From positions 35,587-99,586 of the forward strand of contig JAZNPC010000088.1 of NCBI GenBank assembly GCA_045589455.1: a DNA stretch of 64,000 bases. The letters are read 5' to 3'. Position 1 is the stretch's first letter; every line of letters starts with the position of its first letter. The notes beneath the pieces were generated by a model. The model ran no database searches. It was not told the origin of the DNA and saw only the letters and a program-made list of their open reading frames with translations. Positions 29,550 to 37,772 of the stretch are shown piece after piece. The translations under genes and the position numbers were made by a program. Origin of the DNA: Kiritimatiellia bacterium. Lineage in GTDB: Bacteria; Verrucomicrobiota; Kiritimatiellia; RFP12; UBA3636.

Positions 29550-29612
29550 TCCTTGACAACATAAATGCAACACCAAACACACAATGGCGTTGCAATTACT
29601 TTGTCTTTTAAC
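29550..29612. repeat. Family E repeat, copy 1 (hairpin element)
   Basis: gacaacataaatgcaacaccaaac...gttgcaattactttgtctttta.acc matches 32447-32507. It contains the inverted arms aaatgcaac / gttgcaatt. Confidence 0.7.
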
Positions 29613-29649
29613 CCTTCCCATTCTCCTAATCTCCTAATCTCCCAATTAG

Positions 29650-30236
29650 CGCCACAGGCTTGAGCGGGAGCGTTTAAATCCCTTTCGTTCATTGCTTACG
29701 CTTAACACGGAGTACGGAGGACAAAGGAGAATTGTATTAGCAATCTTTCCAGCACCCCAGAACCCTCCCCGTGTCTCCGTTCTCCAGAAAACCACACTAC
29801 GTGTGCTCCGCGTTTCGCCGAAGGCCTGAGCGGGAGCGTTTAAATCGTTTCACTCATTGCTTTCGCTCAACACGGAGCACGGAGGACAAAGGAGAATTGT
29901 GCTAATCGTTGCACTCGTTGCCTACGCCTAGGAAAGGAGGGGAAGTGCAAGCAACAATAATCCTAGAACACTCTCCGTGTCTCCGTTCTCTTAATCCTCC
30001 GTGTTTCGCCGAAGGCTCAAGCGGGAGCGTTTAAATCACTTTCGTTCATTGCTTACGCTCAACACGGAGTACGGAGGACAAAGGAGAGTTGTGCTAGCAA
30101 CCATTATAATACCCCCAACAAACTCTCCGTGCCTCCGTTCTCTTTTATCTTCGCGTTTCGCCGAAGGCTCAAGCGAGAGCGATTAAATCATTTCACTTGT
30201 TGCTTACGCTTAACACGGAGGCTGGGGAGAACGGAG
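29650..30236. repeat. Family A structured repeat, tandem array of 4 degenerate units (152-191 bp period)
   Basis: Core starts (cgtgtttcgccgaagg) fall at about 29645 (truncated), 29812, 30003 and 30155. Each unit ends ...aacacggag.acggaggacaaaggagaattgtgcta.caa. Confidence 0.85.
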
Positions 30237-30291
30237 ACGCGGAGAGGTTTGGGAAGATATTGGAGAAAGGGGCTACAGCCCTTTGCGTGCT

Positions 30292-30344
30292 GACAATATG
30301 ACAGTTTGACAATATGACAGTTTGACAATATGACAGTTTGACAG
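30292..30344. repeat. Tandem repeat (gacaatatgacagttt) x3.3
   Basis: Perfect 16-bp units. A related 9-bp repeat (gacagtatg) lies at 30466-30500, and aactgtcaaactttccaa occurs twice at 30372-30425. Confidence 0.9.
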
Positions 30345-30504
30345 AGCAGATGAGGGTGGCTTTGCCGCCCTAGACCCCCAACTGTCAAACTTTCCAACTC
30401 GCCCACTCGCAAACTGTCAAACTTTCCAAGCCTCAACACCTAAACAGTTCCATTTTTTTATAGTTTGACAGTATGATAGTATGACAGTATGACAGTTTGA
30501 GAGA

Positions 30505-30578
30505 GAAGATGAAGGTGGCTCTGCCACCTCTCGCCCCAGCAACACCGGGCGACAAAGCCACCCTCAAATGGGATAAAG
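30505..30578. repeat. Family D hairpin element, directly 3' of the PEP-CTERM gene
   Basis: ggtggctctgccacctctcgccccagcaacaccgggcgacaaagccaccctcaaatgggataaagc. On the minus-strand transcript it folds into a 12-bp stem (with G-U pairs) and a ~20-nt loop. Confidence 0.75.
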
Positions 30579-30583
30579 CTTAC

Positions 30584-31237
30584 TTACTTTCTGCGTTTTA
30601 TCAATAATGCTGCACCAGCAAGAGCAAGCAACGCGGAACTTGGTTCAGGAACAACACCAACGGTTATTGGATCGCCATCAAGATTTATTGCTGAATTAAG
30701 CATAGTAACACCGTCTGTTGTGAATTGCATATGAAGCCACCCGTAAACATCTCTATACCAGAAAGGTTCATCAACACTATTACTAAAACCTGCCTCGTAA
30801 ACAAATCCCAAATAGAAATCATCACCAACGTTACCTGTTATGCTGTATCCTGGATATGCACTCCCATCTGCAGTAGTAAGATATTCAAGGAAATATTCAT
30901 CTTGATTTTTAGTCGTTGCCGCTGAAACAATATCTCCCTCATTAAGTTGGACGAAATTACAAGCATGCGCAAGCAGTTGTTCACTGGAAGCAGAAATTGT
31001 TCGCTTATTCCCATATTTTGGAATTTCTACTTCGATATACGCCGCTGGAGCGACACAAATTGAATAATACCCCGCATAGTTATATAAATCATCAAACCTA
31101 GTCTTTGGTAAAATTTGATAGTTATCAATTAAATAGTGGTGATCAATTATAGTCATATAATCCCATAATACTGTTGAAGCAAAAGTATACGAGCAAATTA
31201 GTGACAACAAAATTATTATTGAGCTTTTAATTTTCAT
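30584..31237 (-). CDS. PEP-CTERM sorting-domain protein (secreted/cell-surface, exosortase substrate)
   Basis: N-terminal signal peptide, and a C-terminus ...VVPEPSSALLALAGAALLIKRRK made up of a PEP motif, a hydrophobic helix and a basic cluster. Confidence 0.8.
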   Translation of the reverse strand: MKIKSSIIILLSLICSYTFASTVLWDYMTIIDHHYLIDNYQILPKTRFDDLYNYAGYYSICVAPAAYIEVEIPKYGNKRTISASSEQLLAHACNFVQLNEGDIVSAATTKNQDEYFLEYLTTADGSAYPGYSITGNVGDDFYLGFVYEAGFSNSVDEPFWYRDVYGWLHMQFTTDGVTMLNSAINLDGDPITVGVVPEPSSALLALAGAALLIKRRK

Positions 31238-31565
31238 TTACGTATCTCACTAAAACCAGCTTCCGCAACCAAATCTGTTAAGTCTTGCATTAAATCATTA
31301 ATTGTTATTGAAAAACACGTTCTAATCTATGAACAGCAACGTTTTCTTCATATCATAATCCTTTTTGATACTTCTCAATTTAAGATTAACAAAATATGTT
31401 ATTCTATTCAACTATTATTGTTGGTGTGAAACTGTAATTTGCAAAAGTAAATGCACCTCTTTTGGTGCATTTAGTCACACAATGGTGTATTTAGTTTTGC
31501 AATCTACAAAAAGTCACTTTTCCACACCCTTTCTCCCTCTAGCAGCAAATCTTTTTTGTTCGACG

Positions 31566-31685
31566 CTTCCGCCTAACACGGAGACGCAGAGGCGCGGAGA
31601 ATTGTGCAAGCAATCATTACAACTACCCCAGAACCTCTCCGTGTCTCCTTACCTCTTTATCCTCCGTGTTTCGCCGAAGGCAAGA
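31566..31685. repeat. Family A structured repeat, single unit
   Basis: gcctaacacggagacgcagaggcgcggagaattgtgcaagcaatcattacaactaccccagaacctctccgtgtctcc...cctccgtgtttcgccgaagg. Confidence 0.8.
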
Positions 31686-31810
31686 GCACTAGCGACCATC
31701 AGTTCTCTGCGTTCCTTTTTCGCACTTTTGAAGCGTGCTGGTGCACGCAAAGCGACTGGAAGTCGCTTCTCCATACTTTTCTAGCCCACGAATGTGATGC
31801 ACTATAATAA

Positions 31811-31852
31811 ATGAAGAATGAAGAATGAAAAATGAAGAATGAAAAATGAAGA
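31811..31852. repeat. Heptanucleotide microsatellite (ATGAAGA/ATGAAAA) x6
   Basis: atgaaga atgaaga atgaaaa atgaaga atgaaaa atgaaga. Confidence 0.9.
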
Positions 31853-31884
31853 GTTAAGGTAGAGTTGAGTGGTTTTTCTCCATT

Positions 31885-32055
31885 CTCGCGTCTAATTGTC
31901 TTTTAGTCTCTTGTCCTTGTCTCATGTCTCATGTCTCGCGTCTCATGTCCCATGTCCAAATGGGCGTGTCAACGCCTGCGGGATGCGTGTCAACGCATTG
32001 GATGGTCTCGCGTCTAATTGTCTAATCGTCCGTTCGCCGTCTAACGTCTAATTGT
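31885..32055. repeat. Family C repeat, copy 1; includes the heptamer run (GTCTCAT-like) x7 at 31910-31957 and two gcgtgtcaacgc motifs
   Basis: gtcttttagtctcttgtccttgtctcatgtctcatgtctcgcgtctcatgtcccatgtccaaatgggcgtgtcaacgcctgcggg...tctcgcgtctaattgtctaatcg. Copy 2 is the reverse complement at 49625-49745. Confidence 0.8.
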
Positions 32056-32194
32056 CTATCGGTTGTCTCACGTCTAACGTCGTTTAACCGTCTCGCGTCT
32101 AACGTCTAACCTCGCGTCTAGCCGCCACACAATCCTCTGCGCCTCTGCGTCTCTGCGGGAAATAACAATATCCGTATAAATATAACATGTTCAA

Positions 32195-32345
32195 GCCTCC
32201 TAATCTCCAAAACTCCGGAAAGACACACTACGTGTGCTCCCAGAAGCGAAAGCAACCTTTCAATAGAGATTAAGTCGTTGGGTTTAAAGTTACTTTCGTT
32301 GCTTGAAGATTTGGAGATTAGGAGACACGGAGAGTACTGGTGGTA
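32195..32345. repeat. Divergent family A-like element bounded by 13-bp inverted repeats (cctaatctccaaa / tttggagattagg)
   Basis: Contains cacactacgtgtgctcc and gagacacggagagt, both shared with family A. The inverted repeats sit at 32203-32215 and 32300-32312. Confidence 0.6.
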
Positions 32346-32446
32346 TGGAGAAGCGATATCCTGTCGCTTTGCGTGCACTGGAACGCCTATCCCTGCGACG
32401 TGTACACGATTTTTTTGTCTAGTGGGTTATATTTGAATGGTCACTG

Positions 32447-32507
32447 GACAAAGTAAATGCAACACCAAACTTTAGAGGTAGTTGCATTTAGTTTGTCTTT
32501 TCACCTT
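32447..32507. repeat. Family E repeat, copy 2
   Basis: gacaaagtaaatgcaacaccaaac...agttgcatttagtttgtcttttcacc, in the same orientation as copy 1. The two E copies bracket the 2.9-kb repeat region. Confidence 0.7.
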
Positions 32508-32602
32508 TATTTTTTAACTGCCGAATTTAGGTTGACTGGTAGCAGTGTTTTGTATTAAAATTAAATCGTCACAAGTACGTTTATATATACGAAAGGAATA
32601 AA

Positions 32603-33451
32603 ATGAAAAAGTTATTGATTTTTATTACTACAACAGTGCTATTGGGTAGTTTAAATGCAATGCAAAATGGTGTTACCCCAATAGAAACGAATTCCAATAT
32701 AGAAGAAATTAAAGATAATAATGAAACCCGTTTAGAGGCATATACAAATGCTAGAAAATATTATTATCAAATTCAGACACACAATCCACCAGAATGCGTA
32801 GATTATTCTACAGAAGGAGTATGCTCTTTGCCAAATACAGACATAAATGGTTTTCCCAATAAAGGTCACGTAAATACAATCCTAAACTATAAATTCCCCA
32901 AAAACATTGCGAACTACACCGCTAAGCACATAGTTGTGTACAACACTGAAGATCTTGGATATAGCATTAAATATGAAAACGCAGAATCAGATGTCATAAT
33001 TGACATATATATTTATGGACCCTCTACGGCAACAGAAATTGATGAAGCATTTTTAAAAGAGCACACAGAACAAATTGCACGAGATGTTAAAACGGTCTCT
33101 CCTAATGCTGTTTTTGAAAAAAACTATATAATTGAAAGCTTTAAAAATGATGCCAACATAAAATACTATGGTTTTTTTGCAAGCATATATCCGAGCAGGT
33201 TTGATATAGAAAATAAAAAGAGAAATATTGAAACTTTTGCATTATTGTTTTCAAAAAATGGGAAAATAATCAAATTCCGTATAACACAGAAAAATTCAGA
33301 AAAGGAATCATTCAAAAAACTTGTTAATGAATTTATAGAAACATTTGATAACGAGGTAATTCTTGATTCAAAAACACGAAAAGAAAAATTTGAACCAACA
33401 ATAGTCTACCCTATCATTGACGAAGTTTATAGCCAAGATTATCATCCATAA
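32603..33451 (+). CDS. Hypothetical secreted protein (282 aa) with a signal peptide
   Basis: MKKLLIFITTTVLLGSLNA signal peptide. The protein is Asn/Lys/Glu-rich and matches no recognised family. Confidence 0.5.
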   Translation: MKKLLIFITTTVLLGSLNAMQNGVTPIETNSNIEEIKDNNETRLEAYTNARKYYYQIQTHNPPECVDYSTEGVCSLPNTDINGFPNKGHVNTILNYKFPKNIANYTAKHIVVYNTEDLGYSIKYENAESDVIIDIYIYGPSTATEIDEAFLKEHTEQIARDVKTVSPNAVFEKNYIIESFKNDANIKYYGFFASIYPSRFDIENKKRNIETFALLFSKNGKIIKFRITQKNSEKESFKKLVNEFIETFDNEVILDSKTRKEKFEPTIVYPIIDEVYSQDYHP

Positions 33452-33816
33452 TTTACAAAACAAAACGCCTCATACAACTAATTAGCATCTGCCCCCCAAA
33501 AAACACCAATAAAGTTCGCTCATTGATTCACAACACAAAGAGATATGTGACAACAATATGCATAGTGTACCAATTCGCATTGTAAGCATTGATTACAACA
33601 AAACTAGAAGAAACAATATTGAGTAGATTAGCACTTAACGTGCTGGTTGTTAATTTCTTTGGCACAAGCCATTCTTTTTTGCTTATTATTTTGCAGAACT
33701 GCGGGTAGGTCTTCAGTCAATATTATTATGGGCAGACACAAGTTAATCACTAATTACTAAAAACAAAAAAGGGCGAGCCTCACGACTCGCCTTTTTGTTT
33801 TGCGGATTATGTTATA

Positions 33817-35676
33817 TTAGCCGTAGATAGGGCCAAGGTATTCACATACCTTAAAGTCATCTCCACCAAAACGGCTCCACATTGTTGGGCGGAAGATATC
33901 CTTTTCTGCAATATTGTGCATATCTACTGGAATACGTAGCATTGCATTGAAGGTAATCATATCTGCACCAATTAGACCTAGGCAGTTAGCATCGTGGTTA
34001 GGACCAATCTTGTCCATATACTCAAAGGATGTCATGCCACGTGGTGTCCAGTATGTCTCTGGCCATGTTGGGTCTGTGCGCTTTGAAATTGCATCAGCAA
34101 CCTTCTTTGGTAGCTCAACTGTCTCACCCTCAACTACAGAGCAAGTAAACTTTTCGCCAACCATGTTGTAGCGATATGCTGTCATAGGAAGACCACCTGG
34201 TGTGCGATAATGGCTTGACAAGCCATCGCCTGGGAAGTAGGTCAAATCTGCACGCATATAGGTTGTTGCCTTTGCAATAGCATTGAATACCTTATCCTGA
34301 AGCTTCTTATCTGAGCGTAGCTTATCAATAACCTTAGCAATAGGTGTTTTCTTTGGTAAGCCGCAAAGTTTGTATAGATCAACACCATACTCTAGAGCAC
34401 CGGCACCAGAATTGCGCTTATCAATAATACCGCGTGGGCAAATCTTGGATACATCAACGCCAGTTGCCTTCTTAATTGACTCACATGTCCAGTTAGTACG
34501 AATATCAGCAAATAGCTGTGACATACCACCAGATAGTAGATTACCAACGATCATACCGATACCATTCTTTGAGTCATTCTCAGTTGCAACGATATATGGA
34601 GCACGGAAGCCATTCCAGTCAAACATTGAGTTTAGGATAGACTCTGTGACGTCGAAGTTTGGATGACCATCTGTCCACTGACGCTGACCCTGAGTACCAG
34701 CACCAAGAGCATTGTAGCCCTGAGCCCACTCTACATACTCAAATCCATCTGTGTGAGGGATCTTGCGATGAGCAAGAGAAGCATTACCAACCATCAAGTC
34801 ACGAACAAGAATTGTATTCTTACAGCACTCGCGAACAAGGTCTGCTGGCTTGCGTGGGCGCCAGCCCTCGCCAAATACCATCTTGAAGTTCTTGTTCATC
34901 CACTCAGTTGCCTTCTCTACTTCCTTCTCATCATAGAAGCCAGCATTTGTGCGAGTGTTTAGACCAGACATATCAAAGGATGCTGAGCCCATTCCGAAGT
35001 AATCGTGTAGTGCGTTTCGGCGGATATCAGAACCAATGATACCCATTGCTACACCACCGATACCGAGGAAATTCTTTCCGCGCATATAGCCAACAGCAGC
35101 AGCGCAGCGAGCAAAGCGTAGTAGGCGTGTTTCAACATACTCGCTCAAAGGGCCATCCTCATCCTCTAGGTCTGGATTATAGATAGAGAATATAGGGCGC
35201 TTCTTTTCATCCATAGCAGCGCAGAAAGCCTTTAGCCATACAGCACCTGGGCGGTCTGTTTGATTCAAGCCCCAAGCAGCCTGCTGCCACTCTGAAGAGC
35301 CAATACCCTGGCAAGCGCTCATTAGCTCATCGCTATAGCACCATGAACGAGCCACCCAAATATTTGCACATACACCCTGAGTTGCATAATACTCTTGAGC
35401 GATAGCACCTGAGCGTGCACCGTAAACGATTTCTGGAGCAACAACTACGCGAACTGGGGAACCATCAGGTAGTGTTACATTGTTCATAATTAGATCATAG
35501 ACCTTCTCAGCCATGCGCCATGTCTTCTCAACATTTGCATCATAAGCACCAGGGCGACCATCTGCTACAGGGGTAATAGCAATTGTTGTTGCTGGGCCAA
35601 CTAGGCGTGTGTCAGGCTTTGCGAACTTGCGCTTTTGAGCGGCTAAAGACTTAAAGTCTGGGCGTTCCTGTTTCAT
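33817..35676 (-). CDS. fucI: L-fucose isomerase (or D-arabinose isomerase)
   Basis: Matches FucI blocks: ...WGLNQTDRPGAVWL..., ...ATENDSKNGIGMIVGNLLSGGMSQLFADIRTNW..., ...MLRIPVDMHN.... The 619-aa length also fits. Confidence 0.85.
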   Translation of the reverse strand: MKQERPDFKSLAAQKRKFAKPDTRLVGPATTIAITPVADGRPGAYDANVEKTWRMAEKVYDLIMNNVTLPDGSPVRVVVAPEIVYGARSGAIAQEYYATQGVCANIWVARSWCYSDELMSACQGIGSSEWQQAAWGLNQTDRPGAVWLKAFCAAMDEKKRPIFSIYNPDLEDEDGPLSEYVETRLLRFARCAAAVGYMRGKNFLGIGGVAMGIIGSDIRRNALHDYFGMGSASFDMSGLNTRTNAGFYDEKEVEKATEWMNKNFKMVFGEGWRPRKPADLVRECCKNTILVRDLMVGNASLAHRKIPHTDGFEYVEWAQGYNALGAGTQGQRQWTDGHPNFDVTESILNSMFDWNGFRAPYIVATENDSKNGIGMIVGNLLSGGMSQLFADIRTNWTCESIKKATGVDVSKICPRGIIDKRNSGAGALEYGVDLYKLCGLPKKTPIAKVIDKLRSDKKLQDKVFNAIAKATTYMRADLTYFPGDGLSSHYRTPGGLPMTAYRYNMVGEKFTCSVVEGETVELPKKVADAISKRTDPTWPETYWTPRGMTSFEYMDKIGPNHDANCLGLIGADMITFNAMLRIPVDMHNIAEKDIFRPTMWSRFGGDDFKVCEYLGPIYG

Positions 35677-35729
35677 AATTTAATTCCTTTATAGTTTGGG
35701 GTTATTTTTGGGGGTATATATAAAATGTT

Positions 35730-37316
35730 TTATGCTTCCACTGGAGATTCTTCTGCGGCTGGTGCTTCTGCTTCTACAGGAGCATCCGGTGCCTCTTCAA
35801 CTACTGGGGATTCCTCAACAGCTGGTGCCTCTTCTACAGCTGGTGCTTCTTCCGCCACAGGTGCTTTTGCTGGAGCATCTGCAGTAAGGGTTAGCTTATC
35901 CTTTGTAGGAGTTTGAAGCTTGCGATATTTTGGATGTGGCTCAGGCAATGCTAGAACCTCATTATGATACTCAATAACATGACCACGCTCTGTTACCCAA
36001 TTTAGTTGAGAAATAATCTTCTTTGCATCCTCTGCTGATGTACCTTCTGGTACAAGTGCAGCTATTAGCTCACTACGTGTGCAGCAAGGATTTTGTGTAA
36101 TATAATCAATTACTGCCTTTAGTTCTGGCACCGCATGAGTGACGTCAAGAACCTGTGGCTGCTTGCGAACTACAAATTCATCCTTGTGCTCAGAAGCAAT
36201 CTTAAAGATAACGAGCTTACGGCTCTTCAAGCCACCACGTACTGCAAAGAATAGTGTTCCAAGATGATTATGGCGTTCCTTATCCCATGCATGCAATACA
36301 CCGCGTGGCATAAAGCCGTGTGGTAATGCACGGATTACTGGTAGAGAAGCAATCACATAGCGGTTTCTATTTAGATTGCGAGCAACTACCTCGTCCATAA
36401 AATATTTGTCAGCTTCCTCAAAGGTCATCTGAGCACGAGCTACGAGCTCTTCTGCAGTTGCCTTTGCATCAAGCTTTAGAAGATAACGCATTTGCTTACT
36501 TGCCTGCTGCTTCCACTCATCTACAGCTGCTGGATCACGCACTAATTCAATCTCTGCACGGAACTGCTCTTCTGTAACCTCTGGGCATTCTGTCTCGCGC
36601 ATCTTACGAACTGCTGCATTGTAGCTATGGTGATTTGGAGGAGCAATTAGCTTTCCTGTTAGCTTTGAGCGAGCAACAGAAGGGAAATTTCCTGTTGGAG
36701 GCTCAACATCAATTTCAATTGACTCAAAGCACTCTTCAAAATGAGCCTGCTTAATGTGAGCAATTGTTTCCTGTTCATCACATGAGAACCAACCGCACTT
36801 CTTACACTGATAGAAACGCTTATCCTTATGCTCTTCCTTAAATTCTAGGCGAGCAAGCACAGCATTTTGATTTTCAATAAATAGCTTTACAATGCTCTTA
36901 AGAGGCATTGCCTTGTGGTTGCTGTGAATCTTACGAGTAATTACTGTAAGAGCATTTGCCTCTGGCAAGAAACGAATCTCAAAAGGAAGCTCTCTAGGCT
37001 CACGAGGAGGACGATTCTTAAAGTCATGCTTTTCAAACCTTCTATCCTTGCGTGGTTGGGCATTATCAGAGGAGTCACTACCCTCTTTATTTGCCTTATT
37101 AAAATCACGCTTTTGAAAATCTGGCTTGTCTCCGCGAGGACGCTTATCACCACGGAATTTTTTATCGTTACGATCACCATAGGATGCCTGCTTTTCAGCA
37201 TACTTAGAAATATCTGATAAGTGCTGATCAGGGGATGTTTTTGCCCATGATGTTGACATTGAAAAACCATCTAGAAGAGCATCTAGATTGTTTTGTTGTT
37301 TATCGCTATCGCTCAT
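35730..37316 (-). CDS. Hypothetical protein (528 aa) with a C2H2-like zinc knuckle and disordered basic N-terminus / acidic AEP-repeat C-terminus
   Basis: YQCKKCGWFSCDEQETIAHIKQAH, an N-terminal K/R/D-rich low-complexity stretch and C-terminal (A/P)VEE(A/S)P repeats. It lies 53 bp upstream of fucI, is co-directional with it, and is probably in the same operon. Confidence 0.55.
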   Translation of the reverse strand: MSDSDKQQNNLDALLDGFSMSTSWAKTSPDQHLSDISKYAEKQASYGDRNDKKFRGDKRPRGDKPDFQKRDFNKANKEGSDSSDNAQPRKDRRFEKHDFKNRPPREPRELPFEIRFLPEANALTVITRKIHSNHKAMPLKSIVKLFIENQNAVLARLEFKEEHKDKRFYQCKKCGWFSCDEQETIAHIKQAHFEECFESIEIDVEPPTGNFPSVARSKLTGKLIAPPNHHSYNAAVRKMRETECPEVTEEQFRAEIELVRDPAAVDEWKQQASKQMRYLLKLDAKATAEELVARAQMTFEEADKYFMDEVVARNLNRNRYVIASLPVIRALPHGFMPRGVLHAWDKERHNHLGTLFFAVRGGLKSRKLVIFKIASEHKDEFVVRKQPQVLDVTHAVPELKAVIDYITQNPCCTRSELIAALVPEGTSAEDAKKIISQLNWVTERGHVIEYHNEVLALPEPHPKYRKLQTPTKDKLTLTADAPAKAPVAEEAPAVEEAPAVEESPVVEEAPDAPVEAEAPAAEESPVEA

Positions 37317-37772
37317 AATTACAACCTAAGAGATTACAGTTAATATTTTAAGGTAAAACCTTTACCAATTTTGTTCTAATAATTTTACAATTCTTTAATG
37401 ATAAATGCAATAGGTTTTTGTACAAAACGACTAAAAAACAATCACCGGATGGGTATGGAGTTTTCTTCCCCCCCTGCATTTACAGAAGATTGCTAAAAGT
37501 GAAATAAAAATCGTGCATTTAATCTTGCATTTTACGAAGTTTGAAGTTTTACGATTTAATTATAACATTATTTGCAACAGCCACCCAACTCATGCCTTCA
37601 TAGCTTCCCGTTGATTACACCATTATGTGTACACTGTTGTCCACCGAGTGCCTCTTCATCCCCACGCGTCCCCTGCACGTGCATTAAATAAAATTGCCAT
37701 ATTACCCCAAACCACAGGAGCAATATGGCGAATCTACTTAAAAGCAAATGTATGGCTCTTTGTGTAATACTT

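Noticed and set aside
29650-30236. Repeat/spacer-like tandem array that might be taken for a CRISPR locus
   Set aside because: The repeat units are ~115 bp, not 23-55 bp, and are degenerate. The apparently variable 30-70 bp segments between them are themselves diverged pieces of the same unit. U2's 'spacer', for example, contains a second partial core. No cas genes or leader are present, so it is annotated as a tandem dispersed repeat.
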